Source: an uncultured Oscillospiraceae bacterium (GTDB taxonomy: Bacteria > Bacillota > Clostridia > Christensenellales > CAG-138). Taken from it: DNA of 64,000 nucleotides. The first letter of the stretch is position 1. Each line of letters begins with the position of its first letter. The DNA is taken from assembly GCA_964411275.1 (NCBI GenBank), contig CAYPKG010000007.1, positions 7,348-71,347 of the forward strand, written 5' to 3'. Positions 1 through 8,998 of this stretch are shown here, in pieces. The position numbers and the translations under genes were made by a program. Under the pieces are notes generated by a model. That model worked only from the letters and a program-made list of their open reading frames with translations. It was not told where the DNA came from and did no database searches.

Positions 1-132
1 CATATCTATGATCCAATTTTTCGGGTTTCCCGGTACGGGCGCAGTTATGGGAGGATACGTTTCAAACAGCCCGCTGGCGCGGTTCTTTTATTATGCGCAG
101 ATGGCTAACTATTCTATATCCATTGGCTTATT

Positions 133-1029
133 TTAGCCCATTGTTACCCGGTTTTTTCCGTTCTTTTTGCTTTCATACATCAATCGATCCGCGCGGTCTA
201 CCACGGATTGAAGCGTATCCCCCTGCCTGAAAATGGTGATTCCGATGGATATGGTGACCCGCAAAGGGTTCCCTTCGTGCATTATCTCAGTATTGGCCAC
301 AAGCTGGCGGAACCTTTCCGCGATGCTTTCTATCTCGCTCGCCTTTCCGATTTGGTAGACGCCCACATATTCTTCCCCGCCCCAGCGCCCTACGAGGTCG
401 GTACTGCGCACCGATCTTTTCAGGCTGGTGGCAATATTGACAAGCACAGCGTCTCCAACCTCATGCCCATACTGGTTGTTGAAGGAACTGAAGGAATCGA
501 TATCTGCGAAAAGCACGGCAACCTCTTTACCGAACCGCTTGTGTTCGCTAATTTTGTATTCCAGAAAACTCTCCAAATACTTGCGGTTTGGCAGGGCTGT
601 AAGCGTATCATGCATGGCTATTCCGGTCAATCGTTCTACAAGGTCGTCCTCATAGACCTTAGGGGAGTTTTGGGTAAACACCTCGATGGCGCCGGCGATT
701 TCACCGTTTTCCAATACGGGTATGATTTTTACGGCGATCGGGATGCGGTATCCTTTTTTATGGCGCACAAAAACATTATCCATGCGTTTGAGGCCGTCGT
801 TAAGCGTGGCAAATAACGGACAACCAACGGTGCATAGGGGCCGCCCCTGATCATCAATATGATTTAAATGTGATTCCTGACACCTTTTGCCCACGATTTC
901 ATCGGCGCTGTATCCTGTGATCTCTTCGGCCGCTGTATTCCAAAAAAGAATGGTTCGATGGGTGTCAACATAATAAACCCCGTCGCTCAGGTTGTTGATG
1001 ATACATAAATAAAGTTGTTCCATCTGCAT
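133..1029 (-). CDS. PAS-sensor diguanylate cyclase (GGDEF domain, GGEEY variant)
   Basis: 298-aa ORF. The N-terminus is PAS-like (NLSDGVYYVDTHRTILFWNTAAEEITGY). The C-terminal GGDEF domain has an RSTD I-site five residues before GGEEY. AGGAGG lies 8 nt upstream of the ATG at 1029. Confidence 0.9.
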   Translation of the reverse strand: MQMEQLYLCIINNLSDGVYYVDTHRTILFWNTAAEEITGYSADEIVGKRCQESHLNHIDDQGRPLCTVGCPLFATLNDGLKRMDNVFVRHKKGYRIPIAVKIIPVLENGEIAGAIEVFTQNSPKVYEDDLVERLTGIAMHDTLTALPNRKYLESFLEYKISEHKRFGKEVAVLFADIDSFSSFNNQYGHEVGDAVLVNIATSLKRSVRSTDLVGRWGGEEYVGVYQIGKASEIESIAERFRQLVANTEIMHEGNPLRVTISIGITIFRQGDTLQSVVDRADRLMYESKKNGKNRVTMG

Positions 1030-1135
1030 GGGGAAGGCCTCCTGTTGCTTTCATAAAAGTTACAAACCAGAGCCAGCATTTGTTAAAATCAGTATAACGC
1101 ATACGCCTTTTTGCGTCAAATTACAAGGGCAACAT

Positions 1136-1206
1136 ACGCGCGAGAACAAAGAAACCGCCCATAAACGGCTACTTTTGGCACATGGGTCCACTCACCTTAC
1201 CTTAAG
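1136..1206. repeat. Solo copy of a ~71-nt repeat unit (family 1) ending in CCTTACCTTAAG
   Basis: About 85% identical by eye to the reverse complement of 14368..14439. Its last 15 nt overlap the stop codon and final codons of the helicase gene. Confidence 0.7.
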
Positions 1207-3363
1207 CTTGGCCCGAAAGGAAATGGAACGGGGCGTATCCATTTCGTCAAACTGGACAATATAGGCGGCTTTCGCCAGATCTACCTCTATGATAACGCCT
1301 GCACCTAATATATCGTGGGTCACCCGCTGCCCCTCGGCAAGAGGCTGATGTTCTGAATTCTCCACAAGGTGCCGCAACGTAAACTCAATATGCTCCCGTG
1401 CCCCGGCAATCAATCCTTCCCTTGGTTTTTGCGTGTACTGCAGCAATTCAGGGTCAATGTCCAGCAAAAATCGGGAAGGATAGCGTATGGAACCGTCAAA
1501 GTTCCGGCCTTCAGCCTCAGATACATGCAGTCCCTTTTCCGCCCGTGTCACGGCGACGAAGGCGAGCCTGCGTTCCTCCTCCATCGCTTGCAGCGTATTG
1601 ATCTTTCTTGACGGGAAAATCCCTTCATTCATCCCGCAAAGAAAGACATATGGAAACTCTAAGCCTTTTGCGGCGTGGACTGTCATCAACTTTACTTTGT
1701 CCCGGGTATCCTCCACATCGCTGTTGGTAAACAGCGACACATGGGCCAGATAATGCTCTAACGTGCTTTCCTCTCCACAGGAAGTTTCGTATTCATATAT
1801 GGACTGCTTCAACTCCGCAAGATTATCAAGGCGTTCCTGGCTCCCCTGTGTCCGGAGCATCCTTTCATAACCGCTTTCATTCAGGATGGCAGACAGCACA
1901 TCGGAAATCTGCCGCTGGGCATAGTTGGAGGAAAACGACTCGATCAGGGAAATGAATTGCGTTGCTTTTGTGCCTTTGAATATTTCATTGTCAAGTGTTT
2001 TGGCCAGCGCCTCATACAAAGAACAATGATTTTGCGCCGCGTACTCCTGCAAGAACTTCATGCGCCTTTCTCCAAGGTTCCGCTTGGGCACGTTGGCGAT
2101 GCGCATGAAAGACAGATCATCCTTGTAGGCGATCAAACGCAGATACGACAGGGTATCCTTGATCTCCATGCGCCCAAAGAACTGAACGCCGCTGTAGATG
2201 GTATACGGGATTTTCTCCTTCAAAAACACCTCTTCAATGGTACGCGTAACATAGTGCGCCCTGTACAATATGGTCATATCACGGTACGTGATCCCCTGCC
2301 CGTGAAGCGCCTTTGTCCGTTCCGCGATCCAGTTAGCCTCCGCCTCGAATGTATCCGCGTGGTGGCATACCACTTCTCCCCCACCCGGCAGCATGGGCAG
2401 CAATTCTTTTTTGATCCGGGTTTTGTTTTTGTCGATCAGCGAATTTGCAACACGAATTATTTGCGGTGTGGAACGATAATTTTCCATCATCATAATGGTT
2501 TTTACGTTGGCAAACGCCTTTTCGAAATCCATCAGATACCGAACGTCGGCCCCGCGCCATGTATAAATCGTCTGGTCAGGATCCCCCACAATAAACAGGT
2601 TTTTGTGATACCCGCACAGCACTTCCATGAGCCTGTATTGCAGCGCGTCAATGTCCTGAAACTCATCGATCATGATGTACGCGAGCCGTTTTTGCCATTT
2701 GCGCCGGATTGCTTCATTCTCCTCGAATATGTACAAAGAGAATTTTATCAAATCATTATAGTCCAGCCCAAAACATTTCTTTTCCTGATACAGGTAACCA
2801 TAGAAAATGATGTCCGAAGGCTCCGTGGCATCATTGTATTTTTGCTGCAAAGTACCCAATGACATTGTAATCATGTCGAGGTAATAATCCGGATTTCTCT
2901 TTAATTTACGGATTTCAATCATGTCCCTCGCCTTATTGAATGTCATGTCCCGCAGCGTCAAGCCCCGCTCTTCATAAATGATTTTCAGCATGGCGTCAAT
3001 ATCCGAGTTATCCAGCACTAAAAAGCTTTTTGGATACTGCACCGCATGGCTGTCCTCCTGTAAGATGGACACGCAAAATCCATGAAATGTATTGATATAA
3101 CCGGTGTCATTGTCGCCTGTGAGGTTGTGAATGCGCCGTCGCATTTCATTTGCCGATTTGTTGGTGAACGTAACGCAGAGTATATTGCTAGGAAGAATGC
3201 CGATCTCATTGACCAAATACGCAAAGCGCCTGGAAAGCGCCCGGGTCTTTCCAGAACCGGCGCCGGCAATGACCCGGATATACCCCTCTGTTGAGGTGAT
3301 CGCCTCCCGTTGCGCTTTATTGACGCCCCAGAGAATATCATCCAATTTGTATCCACCCTTCAT
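1192..3363 (-). CDS. UvrD/PcrA-family ATP-dependent DNA helicase
   Basis: 723-aa ORF with Walker A AGAGSGKTRAL and helicase motifs DEFQD, VGDPDQTIYTWRGA, ENYRST, VHAAKGLEFPYVF and VAVTRAE. Confidence 0.9.
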   Translation of the reverse strand: MKGGYKLDDILWGVNKAQREAITSTEGYIRVIAGAGSGKTRALSRRFAYLVNEIGILPSNILCVTFTNKSANEMRRRIHNLTGDNDTGYINTFHGFCVSILQEDSHAVQYPKSFLVLDNSDIDAMLKIIYEERGLTLRDMTFNKARDMIEIRKLKRNPDYYLDMITMSLGTLQQKYNDATEPSDIIFYGYLYQEKKCFGLDYNDLIKFSLYIFEENEAIRRKWQKRLAYIMIDEFQDIDALQYRLMEVLCGYHKNLFIVGDPDQTIYTWRGADVRYLMDFEKAFANVKTIMMMENYRSTPQIIRVANSLIDKNKTRIKKELLPMLPGGGEVVCHHADTFEAEANWIAERTKALHGQGITYRDMTILYRAHYVTRTIEEVFLKEKIPYTIYSGVQFFGRMEIKDTLSYLRLIAYKDDLSFMRIANVPKRNLGERRMKFLQEYAAQNHCSLYEALAKTLDNEIFKGTKATQFISLIESFSSNYAQRQISDVLSAILNESGYERMLRTQGSQERLDNLAELKQSIYEYETSCGEESTLEHYLAHVSLFTNSDVEDTRDKVKLMTVHAAKGLEFPYVFLCGMNEGIFPSRKINTLQAMEEERRLAFVAVTRAEKGLHVSEAEGRNFDGSIRYPSRFLLDIDPELLQYTQKPREGLIAGAREHIEFTLRHLVENSEHQPLAEGQRVTHDILGAGVIIEVDLAKAAYIVQFDEMDTPRSISFRAKLKVR

Positions 3364-3381
3364 ACATTTTCCGCCTGGGCC

Positions 3382-4365
3382 TCAGGACGAGCTGGACGCG
3401 GCCGCCGCCGCGCTGGCCGCCGCGGCTGAACAAACTGCCGCCTGCTGCGCGATGACCAATGAAATCACGCCGTTGAGCGCCGCGACTTCCATCGTTTGCA
3501 TTGCTGGAATGGCGCCACTCATCACGAGCATGCCCGCATACATCAAGCGCTGCTTCGCGCCGATGCCGAAAGCCCCAAAGCCTTTGTGTTCTTTTAGAAA
3601 ATCGCCGGCTTGCATAATCTCCTCCGCCAGCACTTCAATACCGGTTTGCGTTAGCGCCAGCGCGCCCAGGGTAGGCAGCTCATACCCCGTGCCGTATTTG
3701 TAGCCGCGTTCCTTGAGATATGCATACAGCCGGGCCACTTTGCCGCATTTATCCTCTGCCGGGCCGTCCCCCAGCGCAAGCACATGGCTGAGCGCTTGAA
3801 CCGCGTTGCCCGACCAGAACCCCTTCTTTAAAATGGCATAGCACCGCTCCATTTCATCGGCTATCTCTTCCTCATCAAGCCCCGACAGCGCAAGGAGCGC
3901 GGCAAAGGCGCTGTCCTCCCCCGAGGTAAGGAACGGGTGTGCCCGCTTCATACGGTTATAAATCCCCCGCGTGCGCTCCGCGATTGCCTCATACTGGGAG
4001 GGATCGGCCAAATCCGTAATGGAAACCGCCGCAATTGTTAAGTATTCACAGCTATGAAACAGCTCCTTTAATTTGCTGTAGACCAGCAGAATGCGATCCA
4101 TTTTTTCCTGTGGATTTTCCGACAGCGCCAGGGAAGTGACCGTGGCCATTTTAGATATTCCCCTGAAATTTGAAAACAGGCCGGTATTGAGTTTAAGCAA
4201 TTCATAACACGCCCGCATCGCCTGTGCATCGGCAATTATGTCCTTCGCGGTGAACATCTCAGCACACAGCGGATAAATATATGACGTTTCCCAACCAAAC
4301 TCCGCTTTGATGATGTCCCGGTTCAGGATAAACAGTTCACAACGGTTTTGCAATTCAGTTTTCAT
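3382..4365 (-). CDS. Conserved hypothetical protein, DUF4003-like (family assignment from memory only)
   Basis: 327-aa ORF 19 nt upstream of the helicase gene on the same strand. No catalytic motif recognised. The C-terminus is hydrophobic and Ala/Ser-rich. Confidence 0.55.
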   Translation of the reverse strand: MKTELQNRCELFILNRDIIKAEFGWETSYIYPLCAEMFTAKDIIADAQAMRACYELLKLNTGLFSNFRGISKMATVTSLALSENPQEKMDRILLVYSKLKELFHSCEYLTIAAVSITDLADPSQYEAIAERTRGIYNRMKRAHPFLTSGEDSAFAALLALSGLDEEEIADEMERCYAILKKGFWSGNAVQALSHVLALGDGPAEDKCGKVARLYAYLKERGYKYGTGYELPTLGALALTQTGIEVLAEEIMQAGDFLKEHKGFGAFGIGAKQRLMYAGMLVMSGAIPAMQTMEVAALNGVISLVIAQQAAVCSAAAASAAAAASSSS

Positions 4366-4621
4366 ATAACTCCTTCAAGCTCACAATTTTCATGACTATG
4401 TCCCACACGATACCTCCATTATAGTTCTTAGCGCAAAAAATTCCTAGTCATTCCACAAACGCAATAGCCAACGCAAGGATTAAGGCTGCCAAGACCATTA
4501 TTTTTCGTCCCCCAAACTCTATTATTATAGCCACATTCGCCGCGCTTGCCCAGTTGACAGTCTGTTTCCATTTTGTTAAGATAAGGCAGACGTTTAATTT
4601 CAGCTTTGACAGGATGGATCA

Positions 4622-5365
4622 ATGAACAGTCATCTGAAAAATCTCATTAAGGAAATTTACGCCGGCATCGATGACGGTAGCATAGTAAATGATGGACAAC
4701 TCCTCACGGAGCGTGAACTCTGCGAGGTGTACGGTGTAAAACGCGGCCTTTTGCAAAAGGCGCTGGTGGCACTGGAAACCCTTGGGATTATAGACATTCG
4801 CGACCGTCAAGGTATATTTTTGATCAATAGTTCTACAAAGCTGCTTTCGGATAATTTGCCCTTCCTGTTCACCCATTCTCCGGTTTTGATATATGGACAG
4901 GCAATGGAAACGCGCGTGGTGCTTGAACCCAAGGCAGCCTCCCTGGCCGCACTTGCCTGTACTCCAAAATGGGCGGAGATACTCGAAAGCGAAATTCATT
5001 ATATGGAAGAGCTAAACATCGACAATAGCGTGAATACGGAAGCGAAAGCCGAGCGCGCCTACCAACATAACATCATCATGCATGCCACAATCATCGAGAT
5101 GACAGGCAATATGGTTTTAATGAACGTATATCAATACCTCTCGGAAATGTCCAACAACGTTTTTGCCATCCTTGGGCGCACCCCTTCCGGGTTCCAGCCC
5201 TATGCATTGTGGCCGGATCTGCTGATCCCTGAGCACAAACGCATTGTCAAAGCAATCATCGAACAAAAGCCCGAGGAAGCGGAGCTTGCGATGTATACCC
5301 ATTTGAAAAACTCGCAACAGCGCAACAGTTCCACCATGCTTGCAAGGCGTCTTGATCTCATCTGA
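4622..5365 (+). CDS. GntR-family transcriptional regulator (FadR/FCD subfamily)
   Basis: 247-aa ORF. The N-terminal winged HTH is LTERELCEVYGVKRGLLQKALVALETLGIIDIRDRQGIF, followed by an all-helical FCD-like C-terminal domain. Confidence 0.9.
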   Translation: MNSHLKNLIKEIYAGIDDGSIVNDGQLLTERELCEVYGVKRGLLQKALVALETLGIIDIRDRQGIFLINSSTKLLSDNLPFLFTHSPVLIYGQAMETRVVLEPKAASLAALACTPKWAEILESEIHYMEELNIDNSVNTEAKAERAYQHNIIMHATIIEMTGNMVLMNVYQYLSEMSNNVFAILGRTPSGFQPYALWPDLLIPEHKRIVKAIIEQKPEEAELAMYTHLKNSQQRNSSTMLARRLDLI

Positions 5366-5390
5366 ATGCTGGACGCATTCGTTTATCATT

Positions 5391-5430
5391 AAGAGCTTTT
5401 CTCTTAGCAACAGAGACAAGCTCTTTTCTT
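5391..5430 (+). terminator. Intrinsic terminator after the GntR gene
   Basis: Stem AAGAGCTTTTCTCT / AGAGACAAGCTCTT (one mismatch), 7-nt loop, followed by TTTTCTT. Confidence 0.6.
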
Positions 5431-5500
5431 ACGGAAGTTTCCAAACCAAAACTGTAGTGTGACCAAAAAATATTTTTGATCTCTTGTTATTTTTTTTAGC

Positions 5501-5563
5501 TTGCCTTTCTATAAAATATGTGCTAGTATACACAAAGAATTCTTGGTTGACCATGGTTGACCA
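5501..5563 (+). promoter_or_regulatory. Sigma-A-type promoter plus tandem GntR-type boxes
   Basis: TTGCCT (5501-5506), 17-nt spacer, TAGTAT (5524-5529). Two abutting copies of TGGTTGACCA follow at 5544-5553 and 5554-5563, with the GT-N-AC core typical of GntR operators. Confidence 0.5.
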
Positions 5564-5703
5564 AGCTCTTTTAAACAATGATACAGCCATCCAGGACGCT
5601 ACTCCTCTTAAAGACCTTTGCCTTAGCGGATTTTTTAATGATCAAGAGCTCTAAGTTTCAAGTAAGATCAGCGGTAATAACATCAATTCAAGGAGGTACA
5701 TAA

Positions 5704-6039
5704 ATGACTGTTTCATTTATCGGGCTCGGCGTTATGGGCAAATACATGGCGCTGAACATGAGCAAAAGCGGCGACTTGATTGCGGTAAGCGATATCATGT
5801 CCCACGCTTTCCCGGAGTTCACGGCGAAGGGCATCGATGCCAATACGCATATCGCCGAGGTTGTGAAGGCTGACATAATTTTCCTTAGCCTCCCAAACAC
5901 AAAAATCGTGGAAAGCGTCATTGAAAATTGCAAGCCTCTGCTCAGGGCCGGTCAGATTGTTGTAGATCTCAGCACAATTAAGTACAATGCTACGGCGATA
6001 AGTTCCGCTTGCTCGCAAACCTTCCCATGCGCCACGTAG
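5704..6039 (+). pseudogene. N-terminal fragment of a 3-hydroxyisobutyrate/6-phosphogluconate-type NAD(P) dehydrogenase
   Basis: Strong RBS AAGGAGG. Rossmann motif FIGLGVMGKYMA, then VVDLSTI. Homology ends after about 100 aa and the frame stops at 6039; full-length members are about 290 aa. Confidence 0.75.
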
Positions 6040-6656
6040 AAGAGGCCTGTCGGGAGATGGAGCGCGTCATGCAGCATCCCTGCGCGGTGGGTGTGCAGCT
6101 GGCTACAAATATTGCCGGGCAGGAGCTCGACGATCCGGCGCTTGAAGATTTTTTTGCATTGGCCGAGAGGCTTGGCGCCTTTATCCTTCTGCATCCATCT
6201 TATGTGATCGCGGATCCGCGCTTCCAGGAGTTCCATCTCAAAAACCTGATTGGCAACCCTCTTGACACAACGATCGCGGCGTTTCGCGTCATTGTCAGCG
6301 GCGTGCTGCAGCGTTACCCAAAGCTCAAAATTTGCCTGTCCCATGCCGGCGGCTATCTCCCCTTTGCCCTGCCGCGATTTGAGCATGGCAGGCAAGTTCG
6401 CAAAGAGCTTGCGTTCATGAATAACACAATGGGCGAGGTCTCGGAGCGGTTTTATTATGATACCATTATTTATGATCCGCAAACGTTGGAATTCGCCATA
6501 TCCAAGATGGGAGCCGCGCGCTTCCTCCTCGGCAGCGACTATCCATTCGATATGGCCGATGCTCAGCCGGTTAAAATCGTTAACGCGTGCCGTCTGACGA
6601 AGGCGGAACGCCGCGCCATACTTGGAGGAACCGCACAGGGTTTGGAAAAAGGCTGA
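5982..6656 (+). pseudogene. C-terminal fragment of an amidohydrolase_2 (ACMSD-type) hydrolase/decarboxylase
   Basis: This frame is open only from 5982. It carries AFILLHPSYV, ICLSHAGGYLPF and LGSDYPFD but lacks the N-terminal HxH metal site (about 100 aa missing). Confidence 0.75.
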
Positions 6657-6721
6657 GCCGTATGTGCCAGGCGCGGTGCAATAGCGTGCTCCGCGCCTGG
6701 CACAAAAATGGGAGGTATGAT

Positions 6722-8998
6722 ATGAATGAGGTTACATATCCACGTCTGGACGCCCTCGATAAAGTGACAGGCCGGGCGCAGTACGTTGACGATATATCCT
6801 TCCCAAATATGCTGCACGCCGCAACAGTACACTGCCCCTATGCACACGCGGAAATCCTTTCCATTGACGCTTCGGGCGCACTGGAGATGGAGGGCGTCGC
6901 GGGTGTTTTTCTTGCAAAGGATTGTCTGGGAACGCTGGGCAACCCGCAGGATAAGCCCGTACTTGCGGCGCGTTTTGCCCGCTATGCGGGAGACGGGATT
7001 GGGATTGTTGCGGCAGAGACGGAACAAATCGCCCGGGCGGCTGCAAAGCTTGTAAAGGTGCAGTATCAGCAATTGCCGGCGGTCTTTGACGTCATCGAAG
7101 CCGCAAAGCCTGGCGCGCCGCTTGTCCATCCAGAGGATACAAAAAGCAATGTGTTCTACACCCATGAAGTAGAAAAGGGCGAGGTCTCTCAGGGCTTTGC
7201 ACAGGCAGACGTCATCGTTGAACACACCTATACCACGCCCCGGCACCATCATGGCGCAATCGAAACCGACGCTGTCATTACAGCGTTTCATGGCGGCCGG
7301 CTCACAGTCTACTGTTCGTGCAAGGGCGCCTTCGCCCTTCGTGACGCGGTTGCAAAAAACACCGGCCTGCCCCCCGAAAATGTGCAAATTATCCACGCGG
7401 CGATTGGCGGCACATTTGGGGGCAAGCAGGACGACACAATCGTGCTCGCCGGCCGCGCTGCCATTGTCACGCGCAAAACCGGACGTCCTTGTAAAATTGT
7501 ATGGACCCGTGAGGAAACCATGATGGAAGGCTCCAAACGCCATCCCTTTCTCGCAACTTACAAGATCGGCGCAAAAAAAGATGGCCGTATCACCGCTATT
7601 CAAGTAACGGGCGCTGCGGACGCGGGCGCGTACAAATCGAAATCTATGAATGTGGTCAAACGTGCTGCGATTGAATGTTCCGGCCCTTACCATATTCCCA
7701 ACGTTTCCATTGAGATCAGCGCAGTTCTCACGAATAATGTGTATTGTGACGCTGTGCGCGGGTTCGGCTCTCCACAGGTATATTTCGGGCTGGAAAGCAC
7801 GATAAATGCGCTTGCGAAGAAGCTCGGCATGGATCCGCTCGCCATTCGAAAAGCAAACGCGCTGCGCGATGGCGATGTTTTCGCTACCGGCCAGAGGCTC
7901 AATTGCGTTGGTATTCGTGATTGTCTCGACAAACTTGAGGAGCTTTTTCCCTGCAAGCCGCTAAATGGCAATATCTGCGGCGACAAAGCTTATGGGCGCG
8001 GTATTGCCTGCCAAATTCGGGGCGAGTCGCACGGAAGCGGAGCAAACGACGTCTGTGGGGTAGATCTTATTGTATCCCCGGATGGCGTCATCACGCTGAA
8101 CACCGGTATCACAGAGATGGGTCAGGGAACCCATACGGGACTTGCTCTCGTGGCAAGAGAGCTGCTTTTAATTGACGACTGGGCGCGCTTTCGCGCAGGA
8201 ACCGTGGATACGGATGTCGTGCCTTTCGCCACCCCCACCACCGCGTCGCGGGGTACGATCTCAGGGGCCAACGCAACCTATCTGGCGGTACAGGACCTTT
8301 TGCATAATCTGTCAGCTGTGCTGGCAACGGCCTTTAAAATTCCGCGTGACAGCATCCTGTTTCGAAACGGACGTTTCTACTATGCCAATGGTGCGCTGCA
8401 GTGCAGCTTTGACGAAGCGGTAGCCCTGTCCTACAAGCAGGGTATTGAGCCAAAGGGTTGTGGCCGCTGGACCGCGCCTAAAACAGACTGGAATTATGAG
8501 AAGAAATGTGGCAATGCCTTCTACTCCTATAGTTACGGCGCAGCGGGGGCGCAAGTCGAGATTGATCTCGTGTCCGGCAAGATCGAGGTGCAAAACATCA
8601 TATGTCTGCACGATGCCGGTAAGATTATCAACTACGCGGGAGCGAAAGGCCAGCTTGAGGGTGGAATTGTGATGGCGCTCGGCCACTGCACAAGCGAGGA
8701 GCTGATCCTCTGCGAAGGCCAGGTTCAAACAACAAATTTCAACACCTACCTCATGCCCACCAGCCTCGACATCCACACCCTGATTGGCGAACCTGTTGCG
8801 CTTGTGCCCAACGAGACGCCCATGGGCGTGCACGGTGTGGCTGAGGGAGCAACGGTACTCGCCGCGGCGGTGATCGCAAACGCTGTTGAAGATGCCCTGG
8901 GCGTGAGAATTTACGATCTTCCGTTAAGCCTTGAGCGGATACGCGCTGCAATTGAAGAGGCCCGTTTCAGAGCGGACTGGAAGGAGGAGGCCGAGTGA
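6722..8998 (+). CDS. Xanthine dehydrogenase/aldehyde oxidase-family molybdopterin-binding subunit
   Basis: The ORF track starts at 6587, but GGGAGG lies 7 nt before the ATG at 6722 (MNEVTYPRLDALDKVTGRAQY). GGTFGGK motif present. 758 aa. Confidence 0.9.
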   Translation: MNEVTYPRLDALDKVTGRAQYVDDISFPNMLHAATVHCPYAHAEILSIDASGALEMEGVAGVFLAKDCLGTLGNPQDKPVLAARFARYAGDGIGIVAAETEQIARAAAKLVKVQYQQLPAVFDVIEAAKPGAPLVHPEDTKSNVFYTHEVEKGEVSQGFAQADVIVEHTYTTPRHHHGAIETDAVITAFHGGRLTVYCSCKGAFALRDAVAKNTGLPPENVQIIHAAIGGTFGGKQDDTIVLAGRAAIVTRKTGRPCKIVWTREETMMEGSKRHPFLATYKIGAKKDGRITAIQVTGAADAGAYKSKSMNVVKRAAIECSGPYHIPNVSIEISAVLTNNVYCDAVRGFGSPQVYFGLESTINALAKKLGMDPLAIRKANALRDGDVFATGQRLNCVGIRDCLDKLEELFPCKPLNGNICGDKAYGRGIACQIRGESHGSGANDVCGVDLIVSPDGVITLNTGITEMGQGTHTGLALVARELLLIDDWARFRAGTVDTDVVPFATPTTASRGTISGANATYLAVQDLLHNLSAVLATAFKIPRDSILFRNGRFYYANGALQCSFDEAVALSYKQGIEPKGCGRWTAPKTDWNYEKKCGNAFYSYSYGAAGAQVEIDLVSGKIEVQNIICLHDAGKIINYAGAKGQLEGGIVMALGHCTSEELILCEGQVQTTNFNTYLMPTSLDIHTLIGEPVALVPNETPMGVHGVAEGATVLAAAVIANAVEDALGVRIYDLPLSLERIRAAIEEARFRADWKEEAE

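Noticed and set aside
1-105. An open frame at the left edge (...HIYDPIFRVSRYGRSYGRIRFKQPAGAVLLLCADG stop).
   Set aside because: It is too short and featureless to call as the 3' end of a gene. No motif was recognised, so it is left unannotated.
4428-4999. ORFs of 64 aa and 126 aa on the minus strand around the GntR start.
   Set aside because: One lies in the divergent promoter spacer without an RBS. The other is antisense to the well-supported GntR gene.
6587-6721. N-terminal extensions offered by the ORF track. Examples: the Mo-subunit from 6587, the YaaH-like gene from 14487, nitrilase from 27972, the FMN oxidase from 25219, serC from 54822 and the M20 peptidase from 21603.
   Set aside because: In each case an internal ATG, GTG or TTG with a well-spaced Shine-Dalgarno coincides with the point where family homology begins. 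The extensions overlap upstream genes or repeats and have an Arg-rich, shadow-like composition.
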